DNA of 64,000 nt from Octopus vulgaris (taxonomy: Eukaryota). Below, one piece after another: positions 42,041-54,775 of this stretch (within the stretch, counting starts at the first letter, position 1; each line of letters begins with the position of its first letter). Under the pieces are notes generated by a model. That model did no database searches, had not been told where the DNA came from, and saw only the letters and a program-made list of their open reading frames with translations. The stretch is from contig OX597816.1 of assembly GCA_951406725.2 (NCBI GenBank), positions 162,068,001 through 162,132,000 of the forward strand. Direction: 5' to 3'. A program made the position numbers and the translations under genes.

Positions 42041-42186
42041 GAATTTTCTTCAGGTTGAGTTGCTCATCCCACTCAACTGGTCCCTGAATGAGATTTGTTT
42101 AAGGATGTTGAACGAAGCACCCATGTTTCCAAGGGTGAATTATTCAAACCCCAAAGAACTCCTCTCAACACATGGCTGTGATGCTC
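42041..42186 (-). mobile_element. Non-LTR 3' UTR fragment, same family as 7811-8032
   Basis: Sequence overlap with 7992-8030; abuts (TTA)n 42187-42370. Confidence 0.6.
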
Positions 42187-42195
42187 TATTATTAC

Positions 42196-42291
<96 letters not shown>

Positions 42292-42297
42292 CATTAC

Positions 42298-42367
<70 letters not shown>

Positions 42368-42499
42368 AATAATAATATGGCTATTATTATTGCTATTATT
42401 AATGTTTCGCGTTTGTTTATAGTAGTGAGGCTGGAAGACTTTACAACAACGTGTTTGGTTCTCGTGGGGAATAAACTGTAAAACAGAGATTATGTAGAA

Positions 42500-43770
42500 A
42501 GGAAGTGCAGTAGGTTGTCAGGTAGGTAGGTGGACTGATGTATGGGAATGAGTGAGCTATGCAGGATGTATTTGGTTTTGTGTATGTATGCATGTCTAAG
42601 AGAGGGGGGGAGAGAAAGAGATATAATGAAAGTAAGAGAGAAATATGAAGAGAGACAGAAAGTGAGAGAGAATGAGACAGAAGCATAATGAGGGAGAGAG
42701 GTTGTGAGGGGTAGAGAAGGGTAGAGAGGGAGAAAGATAGAAAGTGCAGTAGGTTGTCAGGTAGGTAGGTGGACTGATGTATGGGAGTGAGTGAGCTATG
42801 CAGGATGGAAGTGATATTAAACGACAGGGAGAGAGAGAGAGAGAGAGGGAAAGAGAGAAAGAAGGAGAGAAAGAGAGAAAGAGTATGTGTTTGTTTATGT
42901 GTATGTATGCCTATCAGAGACAGAAAGGGAGGGGAAGAGAGTGAGAAAGAGAGGGAGAAAAAGAGAGATAGAAAGAGAGAGAGAGAGAGAGAGAGCAATA
43001 TGTATTTGGTTTTGTGTATGTATGCATGTCTAAGAGAGGGGGTGGAAAGAGTTAGAATGAAAGAAAGAGAGAAATAGGAAGAGAGACAGAAAGTGAGAGA
43101 GAGTGAGAAAGAGGGATAATGAGGGAGAGAGAAAGAAAGTGTGTGCGAGAGGAGTGACCGAGTGAGAGAGAGGTGGGGAGAGTGAGATGGGGAAGACAGT
43201 GAGAGAGAGGGGGAGAGCGGGAGATAGAGATGGTGAGAAAGAGAGAGAGGGGGAAGTCAGTGAGAGAGAGGAGGAGACGAGGAGAAACAGACAATGAGAG
43301 AGTGAGAGAGAGGGAACCAGTGAAAGCGGCAGGAGAAGACGGGGAGAGAGACGGTAAGAGAGAGATAGGAGACGGGGAGATAGAGATGGTGACAAAGAGA
43401 GAGGGGAAGACAGTGAGAGAGCGGAGGAGACGAGGAGAAAGAGACGGTGAGAGAGTGAGAGAGGGGGAAGACAGTGAAAGAGACAGGAGGAGACGAGGAG
43501 AGATAGACGGTGAGAGAGAGAGAAGGGAAGGCAGTGAGAGAGATGAGGAGACGGGGAGAAAGAGACGGTGAGAGAGTAAGAGAGGGGAAGGCAGTGAGAG
43601 AGCGATAGGAGACGGGTGAGAGAGACGGTGAGAGGGAAGGGGGAAGACAGTGAGAGAGAGGAGGAGACGGGAGAGAGAGAGGAGGAGACGAGAGAGAGGG
43701 AGGAGGAGACGGGTGAGAGGGAGGAGGAGACGGGTGAGAGAGACGATGAGAGAGAGAGAGAGGGGGGAGG
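42500..43770. repeat. Purine-rich (GA) low-complexity tract with local duplications and a degenerate minisatellite
   Basis: Recurrent GGGGAAGACAGTGAGAGAG..GGAGACG..GAGACGGTGAGAG units 43170-43770; duplicated blocks 42500-42570/42740-42810 and 42567-42700/43000-43130. Confidence 0.85.
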
Positions 43771-44088
43771 AATGGAAAAGAGATTATGTGTTTGATCTTA
43801 TAGATGGTTGGAATTAAATTGTTTAATAATATACAGGATTACGTAACGATCGAACGGCGCGTAAAATAGAGGCGAGATACTTGTGAGGACAATGTATATA
43901 TTGGCAGTTTAATTACCAAATCAATAACATTGATCTCTTGGGTCAAATTAACGATTTCATTTTAGAAGCAGGTTAAGAAGGTAATTGAACAGTTAACTGA
44001 GATTTAGAAGTTCGAGTACAGTCTCCGGTACTGCATGATGTTCGTGACCACGACAAGCGCCACATATAAACTAGAGTAGCCTCTACGC

Positions 44089-44239
44089 CAGCGGTTCTCC
44101 ACCGCGGCTCACAGGGCCGCATGGAGCCCTCGGGCATCCTTCCGGCGGTCCTCGACGATCTTACCTCTATAAATATAATTTTTTCTTTAAATTTATTGTG
44201 TCTTAACTTTTTTTCTTTTGATAATCCCCTCCGCCCCCT

Positions 44240-44274
<35 letters not shown>

Positions 44275-44332
44275 TACAAAAAAATCCAGGTCTTGGTTTT
44301 GATCCGGATATTAAAAGGGTAGGGAATCACTC
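44089..44332. mobile_element. hAT (Charlie/Buster-like) MITE
   Basis: Termini CAGCGGTTCTCC...AGGGAATCACTC resemble CAGTGGTTCCC/GGGAACCACTG; near-TSD CTCTACGC (44081) / CTCTACGG (44335). Confidence 0.6.
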
Positions 44333-44344
44333 TTCTCTACGGCG

Positions 44345-44535
44345 TCACTAGACCTGCTAGAAATAACAGTTATATCCCCTGCACATTACATCCGATTGTC
44401 TTAAGAAACGGAAGAATAGATATATCCGATGATGCAATCCCAGATGTACAGAGATGGGCTGATCATGGCTGGAACGTCTTTGGTCATTAGGCCAACTCGA
44501 TCAGAGCTGATTCGATGTTGAACAGCAGCAACAAT
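44345..44535 (+). mobile_element. Older SINE-like family D fragment with (AAC)n tail
   Basis: GACCTGCTAGAAATAACAG...ATCATGGCTGGAA..CTTTGGTCAT; related pieces at about 38950-39140, 44750-44885, 49285-49380. Confidence 0.55.
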
Positions 44536-44924
44536 ATCATCATCATCGTCGTCGTCATCATCCTCATCATCGTTATCGTCATCATCATCTGTAGTAGCAG
44601 CAGTGGCAGCAGCAGTAGCCACAACAACAACAACTTTGAACTTCTTAGTCCATCTGTCAGTGTGTGGGGAGCACAAGATGGTAATTTAGCCCCAATGTCA
44701 GAGAGAGGGAAGTAGAATCAAGCAGAACATTACTTGCAAATGGGCCCACCTTCAAGTCGTCGCTCGACCTGTTGAATATAACATGTAAATCTCCGTCAAA
44801 TCATACCTTGTCATGCTATATAGATCTAAAAATACAAGGTAATCACCACGAACTAATGTTAAACAACAACAACAACAACAACTAAAGTAAATGTTCCTGC
44901 CTCGTGTGTAGAATGCTTCTATAT

Positions 44925-45918
44925 TTTTTCTATTCTAGGCACAAGGCCCAAAATTATTGGGAAAGAGGGCTAGTCGATTAGATCGACCTCGTTACACATC
45001 TGGTACTTAATTTGTTGACCCCGAAAGGATGAAATGCTGAGTCGGCCTCGGAGGAATTTGAACTCAGAACATAAAGACAGACGAAATACCGCAAAGCCAT
45101 TTGCCCGGTGTGCTAACGTTTACGCCAGCTCGCTGCCTTTAAAATATCCGTTTCTACTCTAGGCACAAGGCCCGAAATTATTGGAGAAGGGGCTAGTTGA
45201 TAAGATCAACCCCTGTACACATCTGGTACTTAATTTATCGACCCGAAAGGATGAAAGATATGGTCAATATCGGTGGAATCTGAACTCATAACATAAAGAC
45301 AGACGAAACACCGCGAAGCATTTCGCCCAGCGTGCTAACGTTTCTGCCTTTTAGAATTAAATATTCTTTTCTACTCCAGGTGTAAGGTCCGAAATTTTGG
45401 GGGGAGGGGGACCAGTCGATTAGATCGACCCCAATGCGTAGCTGGTACTTAATTTATCGATCCCGAAAGGATGAAAGGTATAGTCGACCTCCGTGGAATT
45501 TGAACTCAGAACATAAAGACAGACGGAATACCTATTTCTTTACTACCCACAAGGGGCTAAACACAGAGAGGACAAACAAGGACAGACAAAGGGATTAAGT
45601 CGTTTATATCGACCCCAGTGCGTAACTGGTACTTATTTAATCGACCCTGAAAGGATGAAAGGCAAAGTCGACCTTGGCCAGTTCACCGCCTTTAAATATT
45701 CTTTTCTACTCGAGGCACAAGGTCCGAAATTTTTGGGTGAGTGGGGACCAGTCGATTAGATCAACCCCATTACGCAACTAGTACTTAATTTATCGATCCC
45801 GAAAAGATAAAAGGCAAAGTCGACCTCAGCGGAATTTGAAATCAGAACGTAAAGACAGACGAAATAGCGCTAAACATTTCGCCCGGTGTGCTAACGCTTC
45901 TGCCAGCTCGCCGCCTTT
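44925..45918 (-). mobile_element. Head-to-tail array of SINE family B (four units plus one nested alternative-tail unit)
   Basis: Unit ends at about 44925, 45145, 45361, 45696; variant with CCCACAAGGGGCTAAACACAGAG tail at 45531-45677. Confidence 0.88.
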
Positions 45919-46799
45919 TAAAATCCAAGTAGAATGGTGTGAAGCATTTTTTACCAACTCTTAACAACTCTGCAAACGCAGCGCCCTCAGAATGCAGCCA
46001 TAATGAATATATTTCGTGTAGTACTTTGTTAAATAAAGGCCTCTTAATCTCGTGATAATTTGTTTGTGTTAAATAATCTATAGGTATGTTAAACATTCTA
46101 TCAGCCACGTCGATAGAGAATCGACCACGTTTTCATTGTTTATCACTGAATAGTTTCAATGAATTATAATATAGTTTATCATGATGTTTGCAAATGTCAT
46201 GTGGGCACATAAATTTGTTTATGCTATTAAAGATTGCCATTGCTCTCTGTTCAGTTGTTTATCTTTTTTCTCTGCTCAGCCATTAGTAAACGATTCTATA
46301 ATATATCAATTGTATTATCTCATATTTAGTTAAAGCGGCAAGCTGGCAGAGTGGTTACAGCGACATGTGCTCCGCTTTTTTTTTTTTACATTCTGGTTTC
46401 TAATCCCGTTGGGGTTAATTTTGCCGTTCATCTCTGTAGAGTTGATTAAGTAATATACAAGTACTGGGGGTTAGGCAGTCACTTAATTTACCCTCAGTCC
46501 CTTCCTTCAAAATTCCTTGCCTTGTGTTTAGATCAGAAGCTTTTTCTTTTCTTTTTTTGGTAGTTGTTAGATGACAATGTAGGACAACGTATTCAGTTAC
46601 ATCTGGTAAGGAAGTATTTCAAATAACAATGCTTGCCTTCTTCAGGACCTCCAGAGAGAGGATTTTTCCTGTGAAGCTGAAAGCAATGAAGAAGGTGCTT
46701 CATGATCGTCTTGGTGGTATGTGCATTAGGCTTCTCATTAGGGCACAAGGCATCTCATGGCGTGAGAACAAGCCCTGATAGAAGTTTTACGGACACATT

Positions 46800-47590
46800 C
46801 CACTGTGTCAATACTATTCTTGCTCAACGCGAGGTAGGCTTTGCAGGTCACTGCTTTCATATTAAATACCGGGCCATATCAGATGTTATATTTTGGAGAC
46901 TTCCACCCCTTAATAGAAATCAAAGTCCTCTCTGTTATATTGATGTCATTAGCTGAAGCGCATAACATGAAATTGAAGACGTACCAAAACATCTAATCGA
47001 GGTAGGTTTTGCTGATCACTTCTATCGTACTGAATCCCAGACCATATCAAACGCTATATTTTGGAGACTTGCAGACCTTAATCTCTATATATAAAGCTGA
47101 AGTTGTCTGTGTGTGGCAGGTTTGGTAGCCTTCAACTAACACTATTTCCTCCGAGATCCTGCGACCAAAATTGAGAGTATGATAGAAGAAGGCTTGCTCT
47201 TCATTCCGTAGAAGATAAAATCCAAATCGGACCATGTTAAGACAAAAAATTATTTACATCAAAAAGGTGCTTTTTTTTTCCTATGAAAATCCCTATTTTT
47301 TACGATTTTTTTTTGTGTCGCCATTTTTCGGTGTATTCCAACCAGAAAAATGTTCACTTAAAGAGAATAACAAGCTACATAATGCAAAATTTTTACTTTT
47401 CAAAAATTCCGATTCTAAAGGCTCGAAACAAACCCGAGCAACGCCGGGCGATACTGCTAGTAATGGATAAAGACAGTCAACTAAATCGATGTTATTAGCT
47501 GAGACACACATCCTAAAATTGAGGCCCTGCCAAAGCTAATCGAGGGAAGAGATTGCGAGTGCCGAGTGGTGCAATGGATCTCGGCAGCAG
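46800..47590 (+). mobile_element. Degenerate, tandemly duplicated RTE LINE 3' fragment interrupted by a Helitron
   Basis: TILAQREVGFAGHCFHIKYRAISDVIFWRLP parallels QFAGHCCRAEKEVISTLLLWKP of the RTE at 35839; second unit from about 46996 resumes at 47461. Confidence 0.7.
47082..47460 (+). mobile_element. Non-autonomous Helitron sharing the H1 3' end but with a different body
   Basis: A|TCTCTATATATAAAG...ACAAACCCGAGCAACGCCGGGCGATACTGCTAG|T; no TSD. Confidence 0.9.
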
Positions 47591-48469
47591 CAGCTTTAAA
47601 GAGATCTCTGTTATACACCTTTCGATTCTAAATTAAAATTGCACTGGTGTTAGTGAATAAAGCTGCAGTCAATTAGTGCAGTCGAATGTAACCGACTACA
47701 TATCTCTCCTCCAAAATATCTGGTCTTTGTGTCTATGTTGGAAATTATTTTTCTGTCTTTAGAATAAACAGACGTAATGTTTGTGCGATAATACCTTTAA
47801 AGACGTTTTAATCAATTTTGTATTGTATACACATATGCATGTTCCTGCAAAGTTCCTATTTTGTTTTGTTTTTAATATACTTTGTTTGGGTTTACTTTCG
47901 ATTCACAGTTTGTCTAACAGTTCTTTCCACAACTATCGGTTTGTTTAACTTCCTTATCAGCGTGTCATACAGTGCTTGGCTAGAGGATATCATTTATCGG
48001 AACGCATTTCTTTTTCACGTCGTTCGTGACAGTAGAAATGTCGTTTTGTCCCAGTATTATATAAGGAGAAATTAACCAACAACAAAAAAAAATAATAATA
48101 ACAAAATAACAAAAATATCAAAAGATAACAAAAAAATTACTTCCAGCAATATATTGATTAATAACTCTGTTCGTTTAATAGCTAGATGTTTAGATTCAAT
48201 TATCTGCGACTGATTCAGTTATGCATGTTTTAAATATCATAGTAAACAAATTGCTGTGTGATGGAAAACCAGACTCGTTCTGTACAATCGAATGTAAACA
48301 TGTGATATTCAACATCGTGCAGCATTACAAATTATATGGTTCTCGACTTGCGAAAAATAACAGCGAATCTCCCTCCTTTTTTCTTTAGCCCTAGGTCTCA
48401 TAATACCGGTTGCCTCATTTCTATAGTTTATAAATAACTGAGTTCACGAAGCTGGTCCGTTGCACGGTT

Positions 48470-48645
48470 CAAGGCAAGGAAATTTTGAAGGGAGTAGACA
48501 AGACGATTACATCGACCCCAGTGCTCAGTCGGTACTTTATTTTATCGATCACGAAAGGATGAAAGGCAAAGTCAACCTCAGAAGAATTTGGATTCAGAAC
48601 GTAAAGAACCGGAAGAAATGTCGCTAAGCATTTTGTCCTACGCTT
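48470..48645 (-). mobile_element. SINE family B
   Basis: Diagnostic motifs. Confidence 0.8.
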
Positions 48646-48650
48646 CTCTG

Positions 48651-48698
<48 letters not shown>

Positions 48699-48764
48699 TC
48701 CCCATGGTAGATGGCTAGCCACTACACATTCTTTATTTTCTCTCCTTGCTTTCTTTCTGTGTTC

Positions 48765-48800
48765 CTTTCTGTGGAAGAGCATAGGCTCGAAACGTTAAAG
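48765..48800 (+). ncRNA. Minimal hammerhead-like motif with CUGUGGA core
   Basis: CTTT-CTGTGGA-A-GAGC(ATAG)GCTC-GAAA-CG-TT-AAAG. Confidence 0.55.
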
Positions 48801-49043
48801 AATTTTGCTCTTCCCGAGCGTTATACTAATACATCTGTTTGCTGGCCAGATTGGAGCAATCTCAAGAATAATCAGCCGAAATTGCGAGGATAATCTGGTG
48901 CTTGACTGAAGAAAGAAAACTTCGAATGAGCCGTCCTTGCTTTTTTTCTATCGTCTATCTGGATGTTTTGTTGTCCCTTTTTGTATCACCTAGCTGTCCG
49001 TCGTATCACCTAGCTGTCCGTATATCGTCCTTATCCCATTTTG

Positions 49044-49108
<65 letters not shown>

Positions 49109-49198
49109 TAGGAATTCACGATAAAAACAAAAGACGATGACAGGTGGTGTAGAAAACGAACAGATGTATTAGTATAACGCTCAAGAATTGAAAAAAGT

Positions 49199-49234
49199 CT
49201 TTTACGTTTCGAGCCTACGCTCTTCCACAGAAAG
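49199..49234 (-). ncRNA. Minimal hammerhead-like motif with CUGUGGA core
   Basis: Minus strand CTTT-CTGTGGA-A-GAGC(GTAG)GCTC-GAAA-CG-TA-AAAG. Confidence 0.55.
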
Positions 49235-49489
49235 GAATACAGAAAGAAACAAGTAGAGAAACAAGGAGAGAAATCATACATAGAATTAAAAAGACGGGAT
49301 GGTCACGGCTGAAATATCGTTTACTCATTCACAGCTTATCTGGGTTTAAATGACAACGGCAACAACAACGACAACAGCAATAAGAGCAATATATCCAACA
49401 AGCAATTAGGTGTCGGGGTTTCAATTAATATTGTTTGCTTAATTGCTTGATAGAGTATCTCATACACTATTGAAGTTATAATGTCTATT

Positions 49490-49843
49490 TTATTCCTTTA
49501 TTTGTTTCGGTCATGGACTGCGGCCATACTGAAGCACCGCCTTTTAATTGAACAAATCGACCCCAGGAATTATTCTTTGTAAGCCTAGTACTTATTCTAT
49601 CGATCTGTTTTGCCGAACCGCTACGTTACAGGAACAAACAATTTTGTTTCTCATTTCCTCAGTAATCATTGAAAAATTATAAACAGGGCGCAGGAGCGGG
49701 TGTGTGGGAAGTAGCCTTCTTACCAACCGTATGGTTCCGGGTTCTCACAGCGTGGCACCTTGGGCAAGTGTCTTCTACTATAACCTCGGGCTGACCAAAG
49801 ACTGTGAGTGGATTTGGTAGACGGAACTGAAAGAACCCCGTCG

Positions 49844-49926
<83 letters not shown>

Positions 49927-50490
49927 TGTGTATTGTGTGTATGTTGTGTGTGTGTGTGTGTGTGTGTTGTGTATTGTGTGTATGTTGTGTGTGTGTGTGT
50001 GTAGTTATTTTATCGAGCCCGAAAGGATGGAAACAAAGTCGACTACGCCGGAATCTAAACTCAGAACGTGAAGACGGACGAAATGCCGCTGAGCATTTTG
50101 CCTGGTGTGCTTCCAGATTCATTCGCATGCAAGACAAAATACTCAGCGGTATTTCGTCCGTCTTTACATTCTGAGTACAAATTCCGCCGAGGCCCACTTG
50201 GTCTTCCACCCTTTTGAGCTTGATAAAATCAGTACTAGTTTAGCACTGGAGTCAATATAATCGACTTACCCTCTCTCCGAACTTGCTGGCCTTGTGCACA
50301 AATTTGAAATCAGTGTTACTCTAGCTTGTGACAGCCAGATGGCAGAGTCATTAACATGCAGGGCAAAATTCGTGGTGGCATTTCGTACGTGATTACGTTC
50401 TGAGTCCAGATTACGCCGAGGTCGATTCTGTGTTTATCTTTTCGAGGTCGATAAAATTACTACCAACTAAGCATGGGGACGACGTAGTCA
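49490..50490. mobile_element. Cluster of partial SINE A (49490-49635 -, 49687-49845 +) and SINE B (50004-50110 -, 50125-50310 +, 50335-50490 +) copies
   Basis: Diagnostic motifs of both families. Confidence 0.75.
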
Positions 50491-50724
50491 AGTTGATTGC
50501 TTCTGGCTAAAAGTATAAAATCTGCATCCCTCTGCCTAGTCTTGTCCAGCCTGCGTGGCTGAGTAAGGTCATGAAACCAATATGATCTCAAGCTCAAATT
50601 CACAGCCTCTACATCAGACCCTGTTTAGTGTGGAGAGATCACGCTAAGGCCTTCGTCTTGCAATGGACTTATCATAGGCAATCCAATGCGACACAGACAG
50701 ACACACGCGCGCACGCACGCACAC

Positions 50725-50778
<54 letters not shown>

Positions 50779-50856
50779 CTATATTTCAAAATGTAACCAC
50801 ATGTGAATCGTTGACGATTTTCTTCCTCCGTCTTCCCTTCTATTGGACTTTCCTCT

Positions 50857-50892
50857 GTTTCCGAAGAAGAGCGTCTGCTCGAAACGTTAAAC
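50857..50892 (+). ncRNA. Minimal hammerhead-like motif with CCGAAGA core in a Penelope-type terminal fragment (about 50785-50985)
   Basis: GTTT-CCGAAGA-A-GAGC(GTCT)GCTC-GAAA-CG-TT-AAAC. Confidence 0.6.
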
Positions 50893-50987
50893 CATCTTTC
50901 TTTCCTTTCTTGGGCTAATACTTTACATGTACCACGTCCTCGCGTTGCTGTTTTCTGTGATTGTTCTCCTTTTTAGGATTTACTATG

Positions 50988-51068
<81 letters not shown>

Positions 51069-51739
51069 ATGTGTGTCGGATTGGATTGCCTATGATCCGT
51101 CTACTGCAAGACGAAAATCTCAGCATGTATATATATATATACATCAACACATACATACACACGTGTGTGTGTGCGTGTGTGTGTGTGTGCGTGTGTGTGT
51201 GTGTGCGTGCGTATGTGTACGTACTTTTTCTGCCTGAAACGTTACCAACGCATCTGGGAAACTCCAGAATAACAGGTCAGTGGATCAGTCTAAATTACAC
51301 GCCCACGCGCACATGCGCATATATATATATATACGTGTGTGTGTGTGTTTGTGTTTGTCTGTGTGTGCGTGTGTGTGTTTGTGTAAGCATATTTTTATCT
51401 ATACTTATACATAGCCATTCACTCATTTAATGCGTGATAAATATTTGGGACGGGAGCCAAAAAATCGATATCTATAAAGAAAATATGAAAACACCATATT
51501 GAACTAATTGGATAGAGCGAAAATAATGTCTTAAACACATTATAGATACAAGAGCCGCTAACCAATTATATTTTGCATACATACAAACATAGATACATAT
51601 ATATGTACACACATACACACACACACACATACTTAGACGTATCTCTCTATCTCTTAATATATGTATCTGTTAATGTAAATTATAATCATTTGTCTGTCTG
51701 TTTGCTGTCTGTCTATCTTTCTCTCTCCACACATACACA

Positions 51740-51793
<54 letters not shown>

Positions 51794-51879
51794 TTCATAC
51801 AAACGCGTACATTTATATCGTTGCGTTCAGTGACGTTAGTAGGTGTTACGTTTATAGTGCGATACACAAGCGTACTAAT

Positions 51880-52535
51880 GCGGCGAGCTTGCAGGAACGT
51901 TAGCACGTCGGGCGTAATGCTTAGCGGCATTTCGTCTGTCTTTACGTTCTGAGTTCAAATTCCGCCAAGGTCGACTTTGCCTTTTATCCTTTCGGTGGTC
52001 GATAAATTACGTACCAGTTGCGTACTGGGTTCGATCTAATCCGCTGGGCCCCTCCCCAAAATTTCGGGTCTTGTGCCTAGAGTAGAAAAGAATATGTTTT
52101 TCAGCCGGCGAGCTGGCAGAAACGGTAGCACGCCGGGCGAAATGTCTAGCGCTATTTCGTCTGCTTTTACGTTCTGAGTTCAAATTCCGCCGAGGTCGAC
52201 TTTGTCTTTCCTCCTTTCGGGGTCCATTAAATAAGTACCAGTTACGCACTGGAGTCGATATTATCGACTTAATCCGTTTGTCTGTCCTTCTTAGTCCCCT
52301 CTATGTGTAGCCCCTTGTGGGTTGTATAAAAATAAGAAACGGTAGCACGCCGGGCGTAAGGTTTAGCGCTATTTCTTTCTTTACGTTCTGAGTTCAAATT
52401 CCGCTCAGGTCGACTTTGCCTTCTATCCTTTCCGAGTCGATAGATTAAGTACTAGCTGGGTACTGGGGTCGATCTAATCGACTGGTCTCCTCCCCTAAAA
52501 TTTCGGGCCTTGTACCTAGAGTAAAAATGAATATA
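51880..52535 (+). mobile_element. Head-to-tail array of three SINE family B units, the middle one with the alternative tail
   Basis: Units at about 51880, 52105, 52336; alternative tail ...TAGCCCCTTGTGGG..ATAAAAATA at 52270-52336. Confidence 0.88.
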
Positions 52536-52901
52536 GTCATCGACATATAATCCATCCATCCACCCGCCCGCCCATCCATCCACCCGCCCATCCATCCACC
52601 CGCCCATCCATCCAAAAATACATACGTTTGCATGTGTTTATGTGTGTACGAATCTCTCGGGGGTCTAAAGCACGCAGTATTGTATAACTTTTGTACATGT
52701 GGATGACGTGTATACGTGTATACAATGCATAAATATTGACGATATGTGTGTATATATGCGGAAATATTGACAAAATATTAACGTTAGAAAATATTTAGGC
52801 AAAGCGTATTTTCATATATTTTCCTTTGTAGATGAAGATAAGAATAAATTGATGTCTATTTGCGCAATTCTATTTATGTATCAATATATGTTTGTGCACG
52901 C

Positions 52902-52996
<95 letters not shown>

Positions 52997-53061
52997 CATC
53001 TGTCTGTCTGTCTATCTAATCTGTCTGTCTATCTGTCTGTCTGTCTGTCTGTATGTATGTA

Positions 53062-53415
53062 TTCTTCTATTCTTTTACTTGTTTGAGGCATTTGACTGTT
53101 GCCATCCACCCGCCCATCCATCCACCCGCCCATCCATCCAAAAATACATACGTTTGCGTGTGTTTATGTGTGTACGAATCTCTCGGGGGTCTAAAGCACG
53201 CAGTATTGTATAACTTTTGTACATGTGGATACACGTGTATGCGTGTATACAATGCCTTTATGTCGAACAAATCGAACCCAGGACTTATCCTTTGCACACC
53301 TAGTATTTATTCTATAAGTCACTTTTGCCTAACGCGCTAAGTTACGGGTACGTAAGCACACCAACATTGATTGACAAACACAGACACACAAACACACAGG
53401 CACAGACAGACACAG

Positions 53416-53446
<31 letters not shown>

Positions 53447-53544
53447 AACACACACACACACACACACATATATTGATAGAAATGGTAAGACAATAAAAGA
53501 ATGAAAGAGACCTCGATATTACGTAAATACAGGAATTTATCTCT

Positions 53545-53591
<47 letters not shown>

Positions 53592-53748
53592 ACGAGCTTC
53601 TTTCAGTTTCCGTTCCCCGAATCCACTCACAAGGCTTTGGTCGGCCCAAGGTTATAATAGGAGACACTTGCCCAAGGTGCCACGCTGTGGGACTGGACCC
53701 CGAAGAAGGATTTGGAAGCAAGCTCCTTACACACAGCCAGGACTGTGC

Positions 53749-53749
<1 letters not shown>
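53062..53749 (-). mobile_element. SINE family A carrying a templated insertion in its tail
   Basis: Tail broken at GCCAT (about 53105), resumes at GCCTTTA (about 53254). Confidence 0.8.
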
Positions 53750-53819
<70 letters not shown>

Positions 53820-53820
<1 letters not shown>

Positions 53821-54211
53821 TAGCAGTATCGCCCGGCGTTGCTCGGGTTTGTAAGGGAAATAACTATATAAGCATTTTTAGATATGTAAAGTATAATAGC
53901 CATCTCAATATGGCTAACCACAAAGACGGGGTGTTACTGTAGCTTTTTACGTTCTGAGATTAAATAAATTTTTAGAGATTTACTTCCCTTATATATGCCA
54001 AAAATGCATTAAAAATGGGAAAAATTGATGGTAATTTTTTTTTAAATCGTAGACTCATCGTAGACGCGCGCTAATACCCAGAAGGGCTCGATATGAATCA
54101 CGACTATAAGATACCCGGTTTTGGTTAAACTGCACCGCAAAATGTGGGAGTGGTTAGGAATCTAAATCGTAGGAGACAGACAGAACACCACCTCACTTTT
54201 ATATATAAAGA
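53820..54211 (-). mobile_element. Non-autonomous Helitron, family H1 copy 3
   Basis: 5' TC at 54211, 3' hairpin + CTAG at 53820-53823, inserted in (AT)n. Confidence 0.88.
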
Positions 54212-54374
54212 TATATATATATATATATGCATGTATGTATGTTTGTATATTTATGTGTATATATATATATATGGATGGATTTATGTATGTATGTATACAA
54301 GCATTCATTGTATCTCTCTCCCTTTCACTCTGTCTATCTCACACTTTCTAGGCACACACACACACAGACACACA

Positions 54375-54423
<49 letters not shown>

Positions 54424-54454
54424 ACACACACATACTCATACGCACACACATATT

Positions 54455-54775
54455 GGTATTCCGTCAGTTACGACAACGGGTGTTTCAGTCGATCCTATCA
54501 ACGAAACAGGCTGTTCGTGAAATTAACGTGCAAGTGGCTGAGCACACCTCAGACACGTGCACCCTTAACGTAGTTCTCGGGGAATTTCAGCGTGACACAG
54601 AATGGGACAAGACTGACCCCCCCCCGCCACCTTTGAAATACGGGTACAACTTATTCTTGCCAGGTGAGCGATCTGGAGCAACGTTGAATAAATTGTCTTG
54701 CACTGCTGGGTATCGACCTGGCGTCCTTACGATCGTGAACCGAATAGCCTAACTACTAAGCTACGCATCTTGCCA
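54455..54775 (-). mobile_element. Diverged SINE family C-related copy
   Basis: CGTGAAATTAACGTGCAAGTGGCTGAGCAC...CCTTAACGTAGTTCTCGGGG. Confidence 0.8.

Larger units (their letters stand above)
48700..49280. mobile_element. Inverted pair of Penelope-type terminal repeats
   Basis: 48735-48842 and 49155-49272 are diverged reverse complements (GAGCGTTATACTAATACATCTGTT shared), each with a hammerhead-like fold. Confidence 0.7.

Noticed and set aside
41887-42087. Arg/His/Pro-rich peptide ORF
   Set aside because: Compound (CGT/CAT/CCT)n microsatellite
44925-45918. CRISPR-like or tRNA-gene-array appearance
   Set aside because: Units are ~220-bp diverged SINE copies without unique spacers; no cas genes; eukaryotic context
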